Positions 38,574-48,651 of a DNA stretch of 64,000 bases are shown one piece after another (the first letter of the stretch is position 1; every line of letters starts with the position of its first letter). The stretch is from a virus: positions 1-64,000 of IMG/VR virus record IMGVR_UViG_3300036766_000317; one strand, given 5' to 3'. Below the pieces are notes generated by a model, which was not told where the DNA came from, searched no databases, and saw only the letters and a list, made by a program, of their open reading frames with translations. The position numbers and the translations under genes are program-made.

Positions 38574-38773
38574 CCAGATCAATGAAAGAAGATCCACCCA
38601 GAAAGAATCATCACTTGTTAATCAGACTGCCAATGCCTCTTTCTGAAAGAGTCGTACATCAGGCACAAAGGTTGTCCTGTTCCTTAAATATGTTTGCGCG
38701 CCTTGCTTTTGTCCGGCTTGTCGAGGAAGAAGAAGCCAAAGAAAGGGGAAATGCCGTAAGTTATCCGCAGTAA
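38561..38773 (+). CDS. ribbon-helix-helix (Arc/HicB-like) DNA-binding protein
   Basis: LLIRLP..L.......A.....SLN pattern. Confidence 0.7.
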   Translation: MPKITRSMKEDPPRKNHHLLIRLPMPLSERVVHQAQRLSCSLNMFARLAFVRLVEEEEAKERGNAVSYPQ

Positions 38774-38797
38774 TTCAATCCTAAAAGGAGGAAAATC

Positions 38798-39169
38798 ATG
38801 AGATGCGTTTATTGTAGTACCTTTTGTGAATCTCCATCCCGTGTTAGTGGTAATCATTTCTGTTTATATGCAAGAAAAATGGTGTCCGCAGATGATCCCA
38901 TCTGTAATGAATTCAGTATCACAGGTACCTTCCAATGCAAACGGAGAGGCTGTCAATTAAGTGTTCCCATGTGTTCCGCAGCACAAACAAAGCCTTCACT
39001 TTGGTCAGAATGTACCCACTGTTCTCAGAAAAGAGAAATCTTAGAGATCAAACGCTTTGCCGGCATGAAGAAAAGAAACAACATTGGTCATATAGCGGAT
39101 GCTCCTTTCCTTCCTCCTCCAGAACAAATTCCCATTGTTCGTTCTAAGATTATTAGGAGGGCTTTATGA
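38798..39169 (+). CDS. Cys-rich hypothetical protein
   Basis: many Cys; AGGAGG RBS. Confidence 0.65.
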   Translation: MRCVYCSTFCESPSRVSGNHFCLYARKMVSADDPICNEFSITGTFQCKRRGCQLSVPMCSAAQTKPSLWSECTHCSQKREILEIKRFAGMKKRNNIGHIADAPFLPPPEQIPIVRSKIIRRAL

Positions 39170-39486
39170 AAGAAGAAACTGATGCTTTGGAAGCGGCGGC
39201 CATCGTGTATTTTGCAAATTGGTCAGACATCACAGAGATGGAGATTGAGTATCCAGAAACACCTGAATCTATCCTAATCAAAAAAGAAGTGATAAGCTCA
39301 ATGCCATCTGAATGCCAAATAATGCTTAACATCATCTTTAATCTTCCCGAAGAGATGTTCCAGATCAGTGGTGGAAAAGTTAATCTCTACGGGGCCATGA
39401 AGATCGTGAAAAATATCACAGGGTGGCCTATGAAAAAAGTTCTCAAGACGGAAAACCTTCTTCGGGAACGATTGAGAAATTCGTAG
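39166..39486 (+). CDS. sigma region-4-like HTH protein (weak)
   Basis: TPE..LIKKE.I..MP.ECQ..L pattern. Confidence 0.4.
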   Translation: MKEETDALEAAAIVYFANWSDITEMEIEYPETPESILIKKEVISSMPSECQIMLNIIFNLPEEMFQISGGKVNLYGAMKIVKNITGWPMKKVLKTENLLRERLRNS

Positions 39487-39507
39487 GAAAACGTCAGAAA
39501 TTTTGAT

Positions 39508-41031
39508 ATGCTGAAAGAAAAGATGAGAAATTCTAAGGAGGGTGGGAAGTTGAGAGGCTTAATCAGAAAAACTGGACCGCATGCTGGAATTTCTGAGAAA
39601 GAAATCCAACAATCCCCACCCTCCGACTATGTTATCCAATATCTCGATCCAGTCGAAAGTTGGATGAATCAGAAACTTTATGATCTCGTCATAAAAGACC
39701 TTTCTTTTCCTGCTCAATACTATCGACAAGGCCCTTTCCATAAAATCAGAAAAGATTATGAGCGTAAGGATACAATCATTGCAAAAGCAAAAACTGGTGA
39801 ATATATTTTCTACACAGGACTTATTCCAAGAATACAAGAACTCTGCAAAGCTAAAGGTGTGGAATTAACCCTCTGTTCGGAGGAAGAAGAGCCTATTAAA
39901 TTGAGTACGAAACCTATGCCTGATAGTCTGAAACTTCGTCCGTTTCAAACAGACTTCATCAAACAAGCTATTCTCAAGAAAAGAGGGGTACTGATTGCTC
40001 CTACAGGAACTGGGAAAACCATATTAGGAATAGGATTAATTGCATCATTATATGAACACTACAAAATTCTTTGGTTGTGCCATACTAAATCTTTAATGAG
40101 CCAATCGGCTAAAGAATTTGAGAAAGTATTTGGTAAAGGAAGTGTCGGCCTTGTTGGGGATTCCAACTTCGATGTGGGAAAATATGTTACTGTAGCCACT
40201 AGACAGACCTTCGTAAAGCACACAAAAGAATTGGCAAATGTATTTGACGCTGTGGTTGTCGATGAAGCACACCACATTTCTTCATTGGTTTATGCGAAAG
40301 AGAATGGGCTAATTAAATTAGGACAATACTTCGATATATTAAAAGAATTGTATTGTCCTGTCAGAATAGGCTTGACAGCTACAAGGGCTGATAGTAAAGG
40401 AGCCCAATTAGCTATGGAAGCCTTGCTCGGTCCTGTTATCGGGGAATTTACGATCAATGAAGCACGAGAGCAGGGTTATATGGCACATCCGGTTATCAAA
40501 TTAACGAAGTTATCCAAGAATATGGTTACCCACGACATGAGAAATTATGCAGATGTTTACGAGTCTGGGGTAGTCCGTAATCTAGAGATGAATCGGATCA
40601 TTTCTGAATTAGTTAAAGGATATGCGGATGAAGGATTGACTTCTCTGGTAATCGTAACCCAGATCGTTCATGGAGAATTAATTCTTGGTATGGTGAAACG
40701 TCTCGGCGTAGGAGCCGTCTTTATAAATGGTTCCACTGAAACAGAATCCAGAGAATTAACTAAACACGCCCTTAATGGCAAAATCCTGAAATGTGTTATT
40801 TGTACGGCTGTTTGGAAGGAAGGGGTCAACATCCCAGAGTTAAATGTGCTGATTAATGCAGCAGGGGGCAAATCTGAATTGGCGACGATTCAAGCGATCG
40901 GTAGGGGCATGAGGAAAACAGAGACTAAATCTCATTTAGTTATCCATGACTTCTTCAACCCCAGTCACCGATTCTTGATAGATCATTTTGGATCTCGCCT
41001 GTGTTTGTATTTTGATTTAGGATGGATGTAA
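39508..41031 (+). CDS. SF2 DEAH helicase (UvsW/XPB-like); start uncertain
   Basis: LRPFQ, APTGTGKT, VDEAHH, GLTAT, EGVNIP, Q.IGRGMR. Confidence 0.92.
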   Translation: MLKEKMRNSKEGGKLRGLIRKTGPHAGISEKEIQQSPPSDYVIQYLDPVESWMNQKLYDLVIKDLSFPAQYYRQGPFHKIRKDYERKDTIIAKAKTGEYIFYTGLIPRIQELCKAKGVELTLCSEEEEPIKLSTKPMPDSLKLRPFQTDFIKQAILKKRGVLIAPTGTGKTILGIGLIASLYEHYKILWLCHTKSLMSQSAKEFEKVFGKGSVGLVGDSNFDVGKYVTVATRQTFVKHTKELANVFDAVVVDEAHHISSLVYAKENGLIKLGQYFDILKELYCPVRIGLTATRADSKGAQLAMEALLGPVIGEFTINEAREQGYMAHPVIKLTKLSKNMVTHDMRNYADVYESGVVRNLEMNRIISELVKGYADEGLTSLVIVTQIVHGELILGMVKRLGVGAVFINGSTETESRELTKHALNGKILKCVICTAVWKEGVNIPELNVLINAAGGKSELATIQAIGRGMRKTETKSHLVIHDFFNPSHRFLIDHFGSRLCLYFDLGWM

Positions 41032-41036
41032 AATAA

Positions 41037-41122
41037 GGGCTGGTAGGATCAGCCAGCCCGTCTGAGTGGTGACAACCATTTTACTCCTTATTGGGAACTC
41101 ACCACTCAGACTTTATTTTTTT
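41037..41122 (+). terminator. double-hairpin element ending in a U-tract
   Basis: GGGCTGG/CCAGCCC hairpin, then 13-bp GTCTGAGTGGTGA/TCACCACTCAGAC stem and TTTATTTTTT. Confidence 0.65.
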
Positions 41123-41133
41123 AAGGAATATCA

Positions 41134-42015
41134 ATGAATGTTGAATCCTTCGACATCTTAGCCTATCTACAATCGAGAAACATACCATATAAAACATCGG
41201 GCAAGAATGTATCCCAAGGTTGGGTAGGCGTAAATTGTATATACTGCATAGATGGAAGTAACCACTTAGGAATTAATCTCCAATCAAAAACCTTCTCCTG
41301 CTTCAAATGCTCTGAAACAGGTAATGCTGTGAAATTAGTATGCAGTATTGATGGGGTGTCCGTCCATTCCGCTTTAGATATAATTTCTGAGTATTCAGGC
41401 GGAACATACATTCCCAAAGAGAAGAAGTTTCAGACAAAAACAACCCTCCCAATTGGAGCATCAAAGAAGTTCCCAAAATCCCATTTGGATTTCCTCATTA
41501 AAAGACGTTATACTGAAGAAGTGATCAAAACCTATGATTTATATGCAACCGGTCCTGTTGGTATCTACAACCACAGAATCATCATCCCTGTGTTTGTGAA
41601 TCACAGAATGGTTGCATTTGTGGGAAGAGATGTTACAGGAAATTCTGATAAACCATATTGGAACTCTTCTGATAAATATGGTACAAAGGATGTCAAGCAG
41701 ACCCTTTATAATATGGATAATGTTATTGGCAATACCGTAATTATTGTAGAGGGCATTCTTGATGCTTGGCGAATAGGAGATGGGGCTGTCTGTACGTTTG
41801 GAACGAAACACACCCGTGAACAACTTCGTTTGTTGAAAGGAATGCACCGAGTGTTTGTCATGTATGACGCCGATGCTGTACCAATTGCTCATAAATTAGC
41901 TTACGACTTGTCATCTTTCTGCAAAGATGTTGTGGTGCTTGAATTGTCAGAAGGCGATCCTGATGAAATGAAGGATGATGATGTCAGAGCTTTACGAAAG
42001 GAGATAGGAATATAA
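41134..42015 (+). CDS. DNA primase (Zn finger plus TOPRIM)
   Basis: CIYC..H..CFKC; IIIP, GR; VEGILDA; YDADA. Confidence 0.9.
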   Translation: MNVESFDILAYLQSRNIPYKTSGKNVSQGWVGVNCIYCIDGSNHLGINLQSKTFSCFKCSETGNAVKLVCSIDGVSVHSALDIISEYSGGTYIPKEKKFQTKTTLPIGASKKFPKSHLDFLIKRRYTEEVIKTYDLYATGPVGIYNHRIIIPVFVNHRMVAFVGRDVTGNSDKPYWNSSDKYGTKDVKQTLYNMDNVIGNTVIIVEGILDAWRIGDGAVCTFGTKHTREQLRLLKGMHRVFVMYDADAVPIAHKLAYDLSSFCKDVVVLELSEGDPDEMKDDDVRALRKEIGI

Positions 42016-42078
42016 TTTTGTTGTAAGAAATTTGCTAATTAAGATATTTCCGATACTTATTTAGGTTTTTAATTTTAC

Positions 42079-42110
42079 TTGACAAATCAAATCTGCTGTT
42101 ATATATAATA
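42079..42110 (+). promoter_or_regulatory. sigma70-type promoter
   Basis: TTGACA followed by a TATATAAT -10 region. Confidence 0.55.
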
Positions 42111-42143
42111 CCAAAATGAACTAAATTCAAAGGAGAAATAATT

Positions 42144-42518
42144 ATGGATTATAAAACAGAAGTTCTAAACCTAATGATGGAACAACCTGCTTTTATTATA
42201 CACAAAAAATTGCTCTGTGCATTAGGATCAAACCCGTCTTATTTTATAGCCTATCTGATGGATAAATTTTTTAGAGAAGCACCTACTTCTGATGGTTATG
42301 TAACAGCCTCTATAGAAGAAGTGGAAAAGGAAATTTGCATCAAAAGAGGAAGACAAGACTCATCCATAAGAATTCTCAAAAAGAACAAATACATAATAAT
42401 GAAACCTAAAGAGGGCTCCAGAAAACGACAATTCAAATTACTCTTTCCGAATTTTGACCCTGATAATTCTTATCGTACAGTCGTCAAAAACAAAATGGGT
42501 GGGGAGAATAGACCATGA
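42144..42518 (+). CDS. winged-HTH protein resembling the initiator N-terminus
   Basis: shares H.KLL...G..P..F...L..K and E......R.RQD..I.IL pattern with the next gene. Confidence 0.65.
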   Translation: MDYKTEVLNLMMEQPAFIIHKKLLCALGSNPSYFIAYLMDKFFREAPTSDGYVTASIEEVEKEICIKRGRQDSSIRILKKNKYIIMKPKEGSRKRQFKLLFPNFDPDNSYRTVVKNKMGGENRP

Positions 42519-43930
42519 ATCAAAAAGAATGGGACGAATTGCGAGAACAGAATTATGCCTTACTACCAACTTCTTTTACCATGCTTCACAACAAACTACT
42601 TGAGGATGTGGGCTGTGAACCTGCTGTTTTCTTTTCCAAATTATTGGGCAAGGAACGATTTTACCTGTCAAAAAATCAATTAACTACTGACGGATTCTTT
42701 TATGAAACAATTGAACACATGGAAAAGAAAACCAAATTATCAAGACACCGACAAGATCGGTGTATAGACATCTTAGTGGAACGAGGATTACTGATTACCG
42801 ATGTCAGAAAAGTAGGCATTGCTCCCCGAAGGTATTTTCAAATACGTCATGACGGTTTTGCAGGTATTGTCAAATCGATTTGTAAGGAATTTACAAATCC
42901 AGAAATTCCTGATACTTACAAAGAAGATGAACAAGGTTTGATTTGTAAGGAAGAGACAAATCGATTTGTAAAAACGGGACAACAAGAAAGAACTTATATA
43001 ATAAAGAACAAATCTATTTTAAATGCTAAAGCATATAGTGGCGGAAAACCGCCACAACAAAAAACAATACTTCCTAGGAAAGCAAACAATCCCTTAATCC
43101 TTGTTGATACTACAGAACCACCTCTGGCAAGACCCGAAGGGGTTAAGCCAAGGTTCAGTAAACTCCATAAGATTAAACGTCCTACTGTTACATTTGATAT
43201 TCAACAGATTATCGATTACTGGATTAAGAAGGGTCTTCCCGGACATAAAGAAGATTCAAAAGCCTTTGATCAAGCTGTTATCTTCATAACAAAAGCACTT
43301 AATAGTACATTGCTTGAGGATTATCTTGATCCTAGATGGCATAATTTCTTTTTCTCTGTTGATACAATAAAACGAGCTATTGATAATTTTTACCTTGCTG
43401 CATTCGATAACAGATATGAACCACTAAGTCTTAATACAAAACAACGATTGCAGACCATTCGACTGAAGGATTTTTTATACAATAGGCACTCCCCAGAGGA
43501 TAGATATAAAAGCCATTTATTCTTATATTTATCCAAACCTAAATTAGCAAGCGAATCAAAATACCTCGCTATGAAGGATGACCATACCTATTGTACAAAA
43601 CTTGTTAATGAATGGTACCATCAAGAATTTGGCGGAGTAGTGACAGAGGTTTCCAGAAGTCAACAGAATTCGATGATACTTGTCGGCAGGAAATTGGAAG
43701 AGTTCCTTATGACTCATAAAGATAAATTACAAATGGATGAGGGAATGCAGATATACGGCAATCGTAATCCTCTAAACTTTCTTGCTGGACAGTTGCTAAG
43801 GTGTGCATCTAAGATGCTTAGAGAGAATGATGGATTACGGGCTATATTCAAGCCTAGTTGGCTTATATCGGAAAACATGCTCTCAGACCGTTTTGTTTAT
43901 TTTCTCAAGTCAGAACGCATGATGAAGTAG
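42515..43930 (+). CDS. replication initiator-like protein (N-terminal wHTH)
   Basis: DGFFY.T.E......LSR..Q...I..L...GL; internal iterons; precedes DnaB-like helicase. Confidence 0.7.
   Translation: MNQKEWDELREQNYALLPTSFTMLHNKLLEDVGCEPAVFFSKLLGKERFYLSKNQLTTDGFFYETIEHMEKKTKLSRHRQDRCIDILVERGLLITDVRKVGIAPRRYFQIRHDGFAGIVKSICKEFTNPEIPDTYKEDEQGLICKEETNRFVKTGQQERTYIIKNKSILNAKAYSGGKPPQQKTILPRKANNPLILVDTTEPPLARPEGVKPRFSKLHKIKRPTVTFDIQQIIDYWIKKGLPGHKEDSKAFDQAVIFITKALNSTLLEDYLDPRWHNFFFSVDTIKRAIDNFYLAAFDNRYEPLSLNTKQRLQTIRLKDFLYNRHSPEDRYKSHLFLYLSKPKLASESKYLAMKDDHTYCTKLVNEWYHQEFGGVVTEVSRSQQNSMILVGRKLEEFLMTHKDKLQMDEGMQIYGNRNPLNFLAGQLLRCASKMLRENDGLRAIFKPSWLISENMLSDRFVYFLKSERMMK
42854..42985. repeat. 23-bp quasi-palindromic iterons (candidate origin)
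   Basis: GATTTGT-N9-ACAAATC at 42877 and 42940; degenerate copies at 42854 and 42963. Confidence 0.7.
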
Positions 43931-43985
43931 ATCGTTGACGGCAGATACTATTCCCGTAGTTATTCCGACACAGAAAAGAGGGTGT

Positions 43986-45509
43986 ATGATCACAATCGAG
44001 CACAAAGCTATCGACAATACTATTGAGCATCAAATTACCACTGCAATGATCATTTCCAACAGATTTGCGTCCGAAGTAAATGCAGTTTTTAATCCAGAGT
44101 ACATGAGGAATACTTTTTGCAGAATAATCTGTGTTTGGTGTACCGACTATTTTAACAAGTACAAAGAAGCTCCCGGTCTGCATATTAAGGACATCTACCT
44201 TGTAGAAAAAGATTCAGGAATGGCGAAAGCAGATGCCGAACTTATCGGGGATTTCTTAAAGAAACTAAGCGATCAATACTCTGAAGGTCAAGGTGTCAAT
44301 GCTGACTATATTCGGGATGGGGCTTTTGACTACTTCAGAAAACGGGAATTGGAAATTAGAATCGAACAGGCCCAGAAGTTCCTGCTTGTCGGAAAAGTAG
44401 AAGAAGCCGGAGAAGCATTTGCCAAATACAAAAAGATCGCCTATCAAACATCAGGGTGGTTTAATCCATTTGATCATAAAGAAATGTTGGAGGTTTTCAT
44501 TGATAATGATGAAGGCGTATTTAGATACCCTGGAGCACTGGGTCGGGTTGTTGGTCCTATTGAGCGGGATTGGTTCATTGCCATTCTTGCTCCGTTCAAA
44601 AAGGGAAAAACCTTCTTCCTACAAGAAACGGCTGTTTGTGCAATATTTCAGAGTCTTAGAGTGGTGTTCATTTCATTGGAAATGAAGAAGAAAAACCTTA
44701 AAGAACGATTCTATAAACGATTGACTGCTTTTGGGTCGAGAACAGGGGAGGATGTTTTCCTCATACCTGTTTTTGATTGCTCTCATAATCAAGAGGGAAC
44801 TTGCACAAATCCGAAAAGAACAAATAAATTATCCTTAGCCAATGAAGATGGAATTATTCCCCCTTATGATGTCGATAATTCTTACCGTATCTGTACTTTT
44901 TGTAGAGAGCACATGCTTCCTGATTATAAAATGACCATTTGGTACGAGACTGTGGAAGCTCCTCAATTTGCATTAAAAGATGTCCGTCATCATTTGGACG
45001 GAACAAAAATTCAATATGGAGACATGATTCGGTTTATCAGTTACCCCCGCTTTCTTGCAGGAATTGATGATATTCGTAGAGACTTACAAATATTGGAACA
45101 GCATGAAGGCTTCATACCCGATCTGGTGGTTGTAGATTATGCCGACATTCTCAAGATGGGAAAAGGGGACAAACGAAATGAGATTGATGATATTTGGAAA
45201 AGACTAGCTTCAATGGCAGCGGAGCGTCATTGTATCGTATTCACAGCAAGTCAAGGCACTCGTGGTTCTATCTATAAAAGTGATATGAGTCAGGACGATC
45301 TTGCAGAGTGGATTGGGAAACTGGGTCACGTTGATATTTTTATGGGTTTGAATCAAAGTCCGAAAGAAAAGGAAAATAAAATAATTCGTGTTAATGTATT
45401 AGTGCATCGACATAAGGAAGCTGATGAAAAGGTATCGGCTACACTTCTCCAACAACTTGAGTTGGGACAATTCAGTTTAGACAGCGAGTTGACGCGGAGA
45501 GTTTCCTAA
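43986..45509 (+). CDS. DnaB-like replicative helicase with Cys-rich insertion
   Basis: APFKKGKT, FISLEM, VVVDYAD, TASQ motifs. Confidence 0.9.
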   Translation: MITIEHKAIDNTIEHQITTAMIISNRFASEVNAVFNPEYMRNTFCRIICVWCTDYFNKYKEAPGLHIKDIYLVEKDSGMAKADAELIGDFLKKLSDQYSEGQGVNADYIRDGAFDYFRKRELEIRIEQAQKFLLVGKVEEAGEAFAKYKKIAYQTSGWFNPFDHKEMLEVFIDNDEGVFRYPGALGRVVGPIERDWFIAILAPFKKGKTFFLQETAVCAIFQSLRVVFISLEMKKKNLKERFYKRLTAFGSRTGEDVFLIPVFDCSHNQEGTCTNPKRTNKLSLANEDGIIPPYDVDNSYRICTFCREHMLPDYKMTIWYETVEAPQFALKDVRHHLDGTKIQYGDMIRFISYPRFLAGIDDIRRDLQILEQHEGFIPDLVVVDYADILKMGKGDKRNEIDDIWKRLASMAAERHCIVFTASQGTRGSIYKSDMSQDDLAEWIGKLGHVDIFMGLNQSPKEKENKIIRVNVLVHRHKEADEKVSATLLQQLELGQFSLDSELTRRVS

Positions 45510-45961
45510 GATGCCTTTCATAAAATATACAAAATGTCCTGAAAAAGGACCATCTAGGAAAGCATGGGATGTATTTGTAAAGAAATACGGAACCCCTACA
45601 TCAATAGTCTTCCACGCCCTTTGTCAGAAAGCCCCATATTGGGCTGCTAATATAAATGGAAAGATAGAAATAGTAAAACCCGAGGAAATTAAGTAACTTG
45701 GTAAAAATTGGGAAAAAATTTAATTTTCGTCCACAAATCAGAAAGTCAAAATTCAATAGAAAGGAAGTTTATGAAAATCAGTGTTTCTATCAGAAAAACA
45801 ATACAGGAAGATCCTTACGAGCCTTTCTCGGTAGAACTTTCCCTTGAAAAAACCCTGCCTGAGAATTATAAAGATAATCAAATTATGACAGCCCAGGAAG
45901 ATATCTCTCTCCTACTTCAAGAAACTATTGACAATATTATTAAAGAAAGGAAACGATAATT

Positions 45962-46345
45962 ATGATTTCCATATGTAAGGTATTTACTTTTGAAGCAGCT
46001 CATTTTCTCCCATATCATTTGGGAAAGTGTAAAAACCTTCATGGGCATGGTTTTCGATTAGAAGTAGAAATAAGCGGAGTGCCGAAGAAAGGAGATAAAG
46101 ATCCTGCTAAAGGTATGATTATGGACTTTAGTAGACTTAAAGAAATAGTCAATGGTCTTATCATTGATAGATTAGATCATACCGAACTTAACAAATGCTT
46201 TATAAACCCTACAGCAGAAACTATGGTACTCAAATTTGCTGCCATGTTGAAATCTTCTTTCACAGCCAATAACTGTAGAGTAAATTTGGAAAGAGTCCGT
46301 TTATACGAGACGGCTACTTCCTATGCTGAATGGAGGAAATTATGA
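45962..46345 (+). CDS. queD: 6-carboxytetrahydropterin synthase
   Basis: FEAAH, C.NLHGH, MDF, LDH..LN, PTAE, LYET. Confidence 0.95.
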   Translation: MISICKVFTFEAAHFLPYHLGKCKNLHGHGFRLEVEISGVPKKGDKDPAKGMIMDFSRLKEIVNGLIIDRLDHTELNKCFINPTAETMVLKFAAMLKSSFTANNCRVNLERVRLYETATSYAEWRKL

Positions 46346-47004
46346 GAGTGAATCAATTATTTCAATCGATAAATGGGGAAGTTTGTAGTTCTGGACAAGG
46401 ATCAATCTGCACATTCATTCGGCTCCAAGGGTGCAATTTCCATTGCAAATGGTGTGACACGTCTCCTTCTCTAAATTCAGAAGGAGGCTATGAAATCTTT
46501 GTGGATGAAATTTTGCGAGAGATTAAAAGACTTCCTGTGTATACCCCAAACGTCACAATCACAGGAGGGGAACCTCTTCTACAAAAAGGGGAGCTAGCCA
46601 CACTAGTACGAGGACTCATTACCCAGAACTACAAAGTTTCTTTAGAAACAAACGGCTCGTTATCTTGGATGACGATCCCCATACCATGCTCGATTGTGAT
46701 GGACATTAAGCCACCTAGTTCAGGCATCAAAGATTTTGACAACTATAGAGAAAAGGCACTAATCAATGCCTCATATTTAGGAAGTAATGATTGGCTGAAA
46801 TTACCAATACAAGACGAAACCGACTTCCTTTTTGCTGTATCAGAAAGAAGAATCTTATTGGGATTAGGAAAGATGCAAGCCAAAATAGCTTTTTCCGCAG
46901 TAGCCCCGTTGACTCCCAAAGAATTACTTAGTTGGCTTTTCAAAGAAAACATCGGAGATGCTGTCCTGAATATACAAATTCACAAGTTAATTAATGTGTC
47001 GTAA
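46342..47004 (+). CDS. queE: 7-carboxy-7-deazaguanine synthase
   Basis: F.SINGE, FIRLQGCNFHCKWCDT, TGGEPLLQ, ETNG, QIHK. Confidence 0.95.
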   Translation: MRVNQLFQSINGEVCSSGQGSICTFIRLQGCNFHCKWCDTSPSLNSEGGYEIFVDEILREIKRLPVYTPNVTITGGEPLLQKGELATLVRGLITQNYKVSLETNGSLSWMTIPIPCSIVMDIKPPSSGIKDFDNYREKALINASYLGSNDWLKLPIQDETDFLFAVSERRILLGLGKMQAKIAFSAVAPLTPKELLSWLFKENIGDAVLNIQIHKLINVS

Positions 47005-47144
47005 CGGGAACTTACAGGCATATCTATCTTTTATTGAAAATTGTGTGGAAATGTAAAAATATCATGATATAATCAAGGCAAAGGACAAAGGGAAGGCATT
47101 GTGCATTCCGAAATTAATTCAATCAACAGTAAGGAGGAAGAAAG

Positions 47145-47747
47145 ATGGACTTAGCAAAATTGGATTTTGAAGTGTTGAAGGAGATGGCCAAAGAACTCAA
47201 TAAGGCCACCTACGACAAGGACGGGGCCGCTACTCTGTTCTTGGCAAAGAAGCTGAAGACAATCGCCGTAACAAAGGAACTCCTCGCCACCGCATTTGAT
47301 GCTGCAATCCAAGGTATTGTCGAAGCCGAACTTGCGGACAAACTGCCCGAAGAAATCATCGATTACTACAACGAGAACTTTGTCGATGAAGAGGGGGCTG
47401 AGGCAGAGAAAGCGGCAGAACCAGCTCCGGCGAAAGAGAAAACGACTGCGAAAGCTCCGGTCAAGGAGAAAGCCGCAGCGGCGCCGAAAGCTGAGAAGCC
47501 TGCTAAAGAGAAGAAAGTAAAGGCAGCAGTCGAACTCTCCTGTTTCGGCCACAAGATCGGCTCTCAGGCGGCAGCCCTTGATGATCTACTGGCTCCGGGC
47601 AAGCCGATTTCTCTTGAAGAGCTGTCTAAGAAGTCGGGACGTTCCCTTCTTGGTGTGAAAAGTCATATCAAGCATCTCCAGGACGCCCGCAAGCTCGTCA
47701 TTGAATCCAAAGACGGCACATACACGTTTAAGCCGGCAAAGAAATAA
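47145..47747 (+). CDS. Ala/Lys-rich nucleoid-type protein with C-terminal wHTH
   Basis: AKE linker; FGH..GSQA..LDD...VKSHIKHL. Confidence 0.7.
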   Translation: MDLAKLDFEVLKEMAKELNKATYDKDGAATLFLAKKLKTIAVTKELLATAFDAAIQGIVEAELADKLPEEIIDYYNENFVDEEGAEAEKAAEPAPAKEKTTAKAPVKEKAAAAPKAEKPAKEKKVKAAVELSCFGHKIGSQAAALDDLLAPGKPISLEELSKKSGRSLLGVKSHIKHLQDARKLVIESKDGTYTFKPAKK

Positions 47748-47765
47748 CACGATCCGGCACCGGTA

Positions 47766-47800
47766 GAGGGGGCTGCAATGTCGGGCCCCCTCGTTTTCTT
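47766..47800 (+). terminator. intrinsic terminator
   Basis: GAGGGGGC...GCCCCCTC followed by GTTTTCTT. Confidence 0.65.
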
Positions 47801-47813
47801 CGAGGAGTATTCA

Positions 47814-48398
47814 ATGAATGAGCACCTTATTCAGGAACTGATGGTTGGGATTTTAAGAGACGGTTTAGGATTGGATCTGCAAGATCCTAATCTTTCCGGA
47901 ACCCCAGGAAGAATTGCTAAGATGTATTGCCACGAGTTGTTTTCTGGACTGAATGAAGAGCCACCTATTATAACTACTTTTCCTAACACAGAAAAATATG
48001 ACGAGATGGTGTTTATAGATAATATCCCTTTTGTTTCTGTGTGTTCACACCATTTGCTTCCTTTTTCCGGTCTTGCTTTTTTCCTTTATATCTCCCAATT
48101 CAAACTTGCCGGAGCATCTAAGATGCCTCGTATCATACAGTATTGGGCCAGTCGTCCCCAACTACAAGAAAGACTAACCCAACAGATTGTTAATCATTTT
48201 GTAGAAGCGGTGCAGCCTCTCGGAGCCATGCTTGTTATGCGGGCAACTCACGGATGTATGGCTTGTCGGGGAGTAAAAACAGGAAACAGAACAGGGATGA
48301 TGACCAGTAAAGTAGTTGGTAATTTCAAAGACAATCCCGAAACAAGAAGGGAAGCTCTTGACTTAATCTCAATTTCCATTAAACTATCAGGAGCATAA
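47814..48398 (+). CDS. folE: GTP cyclohydrolase I
   Basis: TPGRIAKMY, SVCSHHLLPF, G.SK..R, QLQERLT, H.CM..RGV. Confidence 0.95.
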   Translation: MNEHLIQELMVGILRDGLGLDLQDPNLSGTPGRIAKMYCHELFSGLNEEPPIITTFPNTEKYDEMVFIDNIPFVSVCSHHLLPFSGLAFFLYISQFKLAGASKMPRIIQYWASRPQLQERLTQQIVNHFVEAVQPLGAMLVMRATHGCMACRGVKTGNRTGMMTSKVVGNFKDNPETRREALDLISISIKLSGA

Positions 48399-48420
48399 TT
48401 ATTATAGGAGGATAGGACAC

Positions 48421-48651
48421 ATGGAATACATTTCAGTGGAATCTTCCAACATAGAAAAGATCGGATACGACGATCAAAAGAGACAATTTCACATCCTCTT
48501 CCTCAAGAAAATCCATTACATCTATTATGATGTACCTGTAAAAACGTATGAAGAATTTCTAGCCAGCGATAGCAAGGGCCGATTCTTTGCTCAGTTTATC
48601 AAGGGTATGTATGCCTATCAAAATGTAACCGGGCAAGTGGAGACGGACTGA
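48421..48651 (+). CDS. KTSC domain protein
   Basis: VESSNI..IGYD, Y.Y..VP, S.S.G.FF. Confidence 0.9.
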   Translation: MEYISVESSNIEKIGYDDQKRQFHILFLKKIHYIYYDVPVKTYEEFLASDSKGRFFAQFIKGMYAYQNVTGQVETD

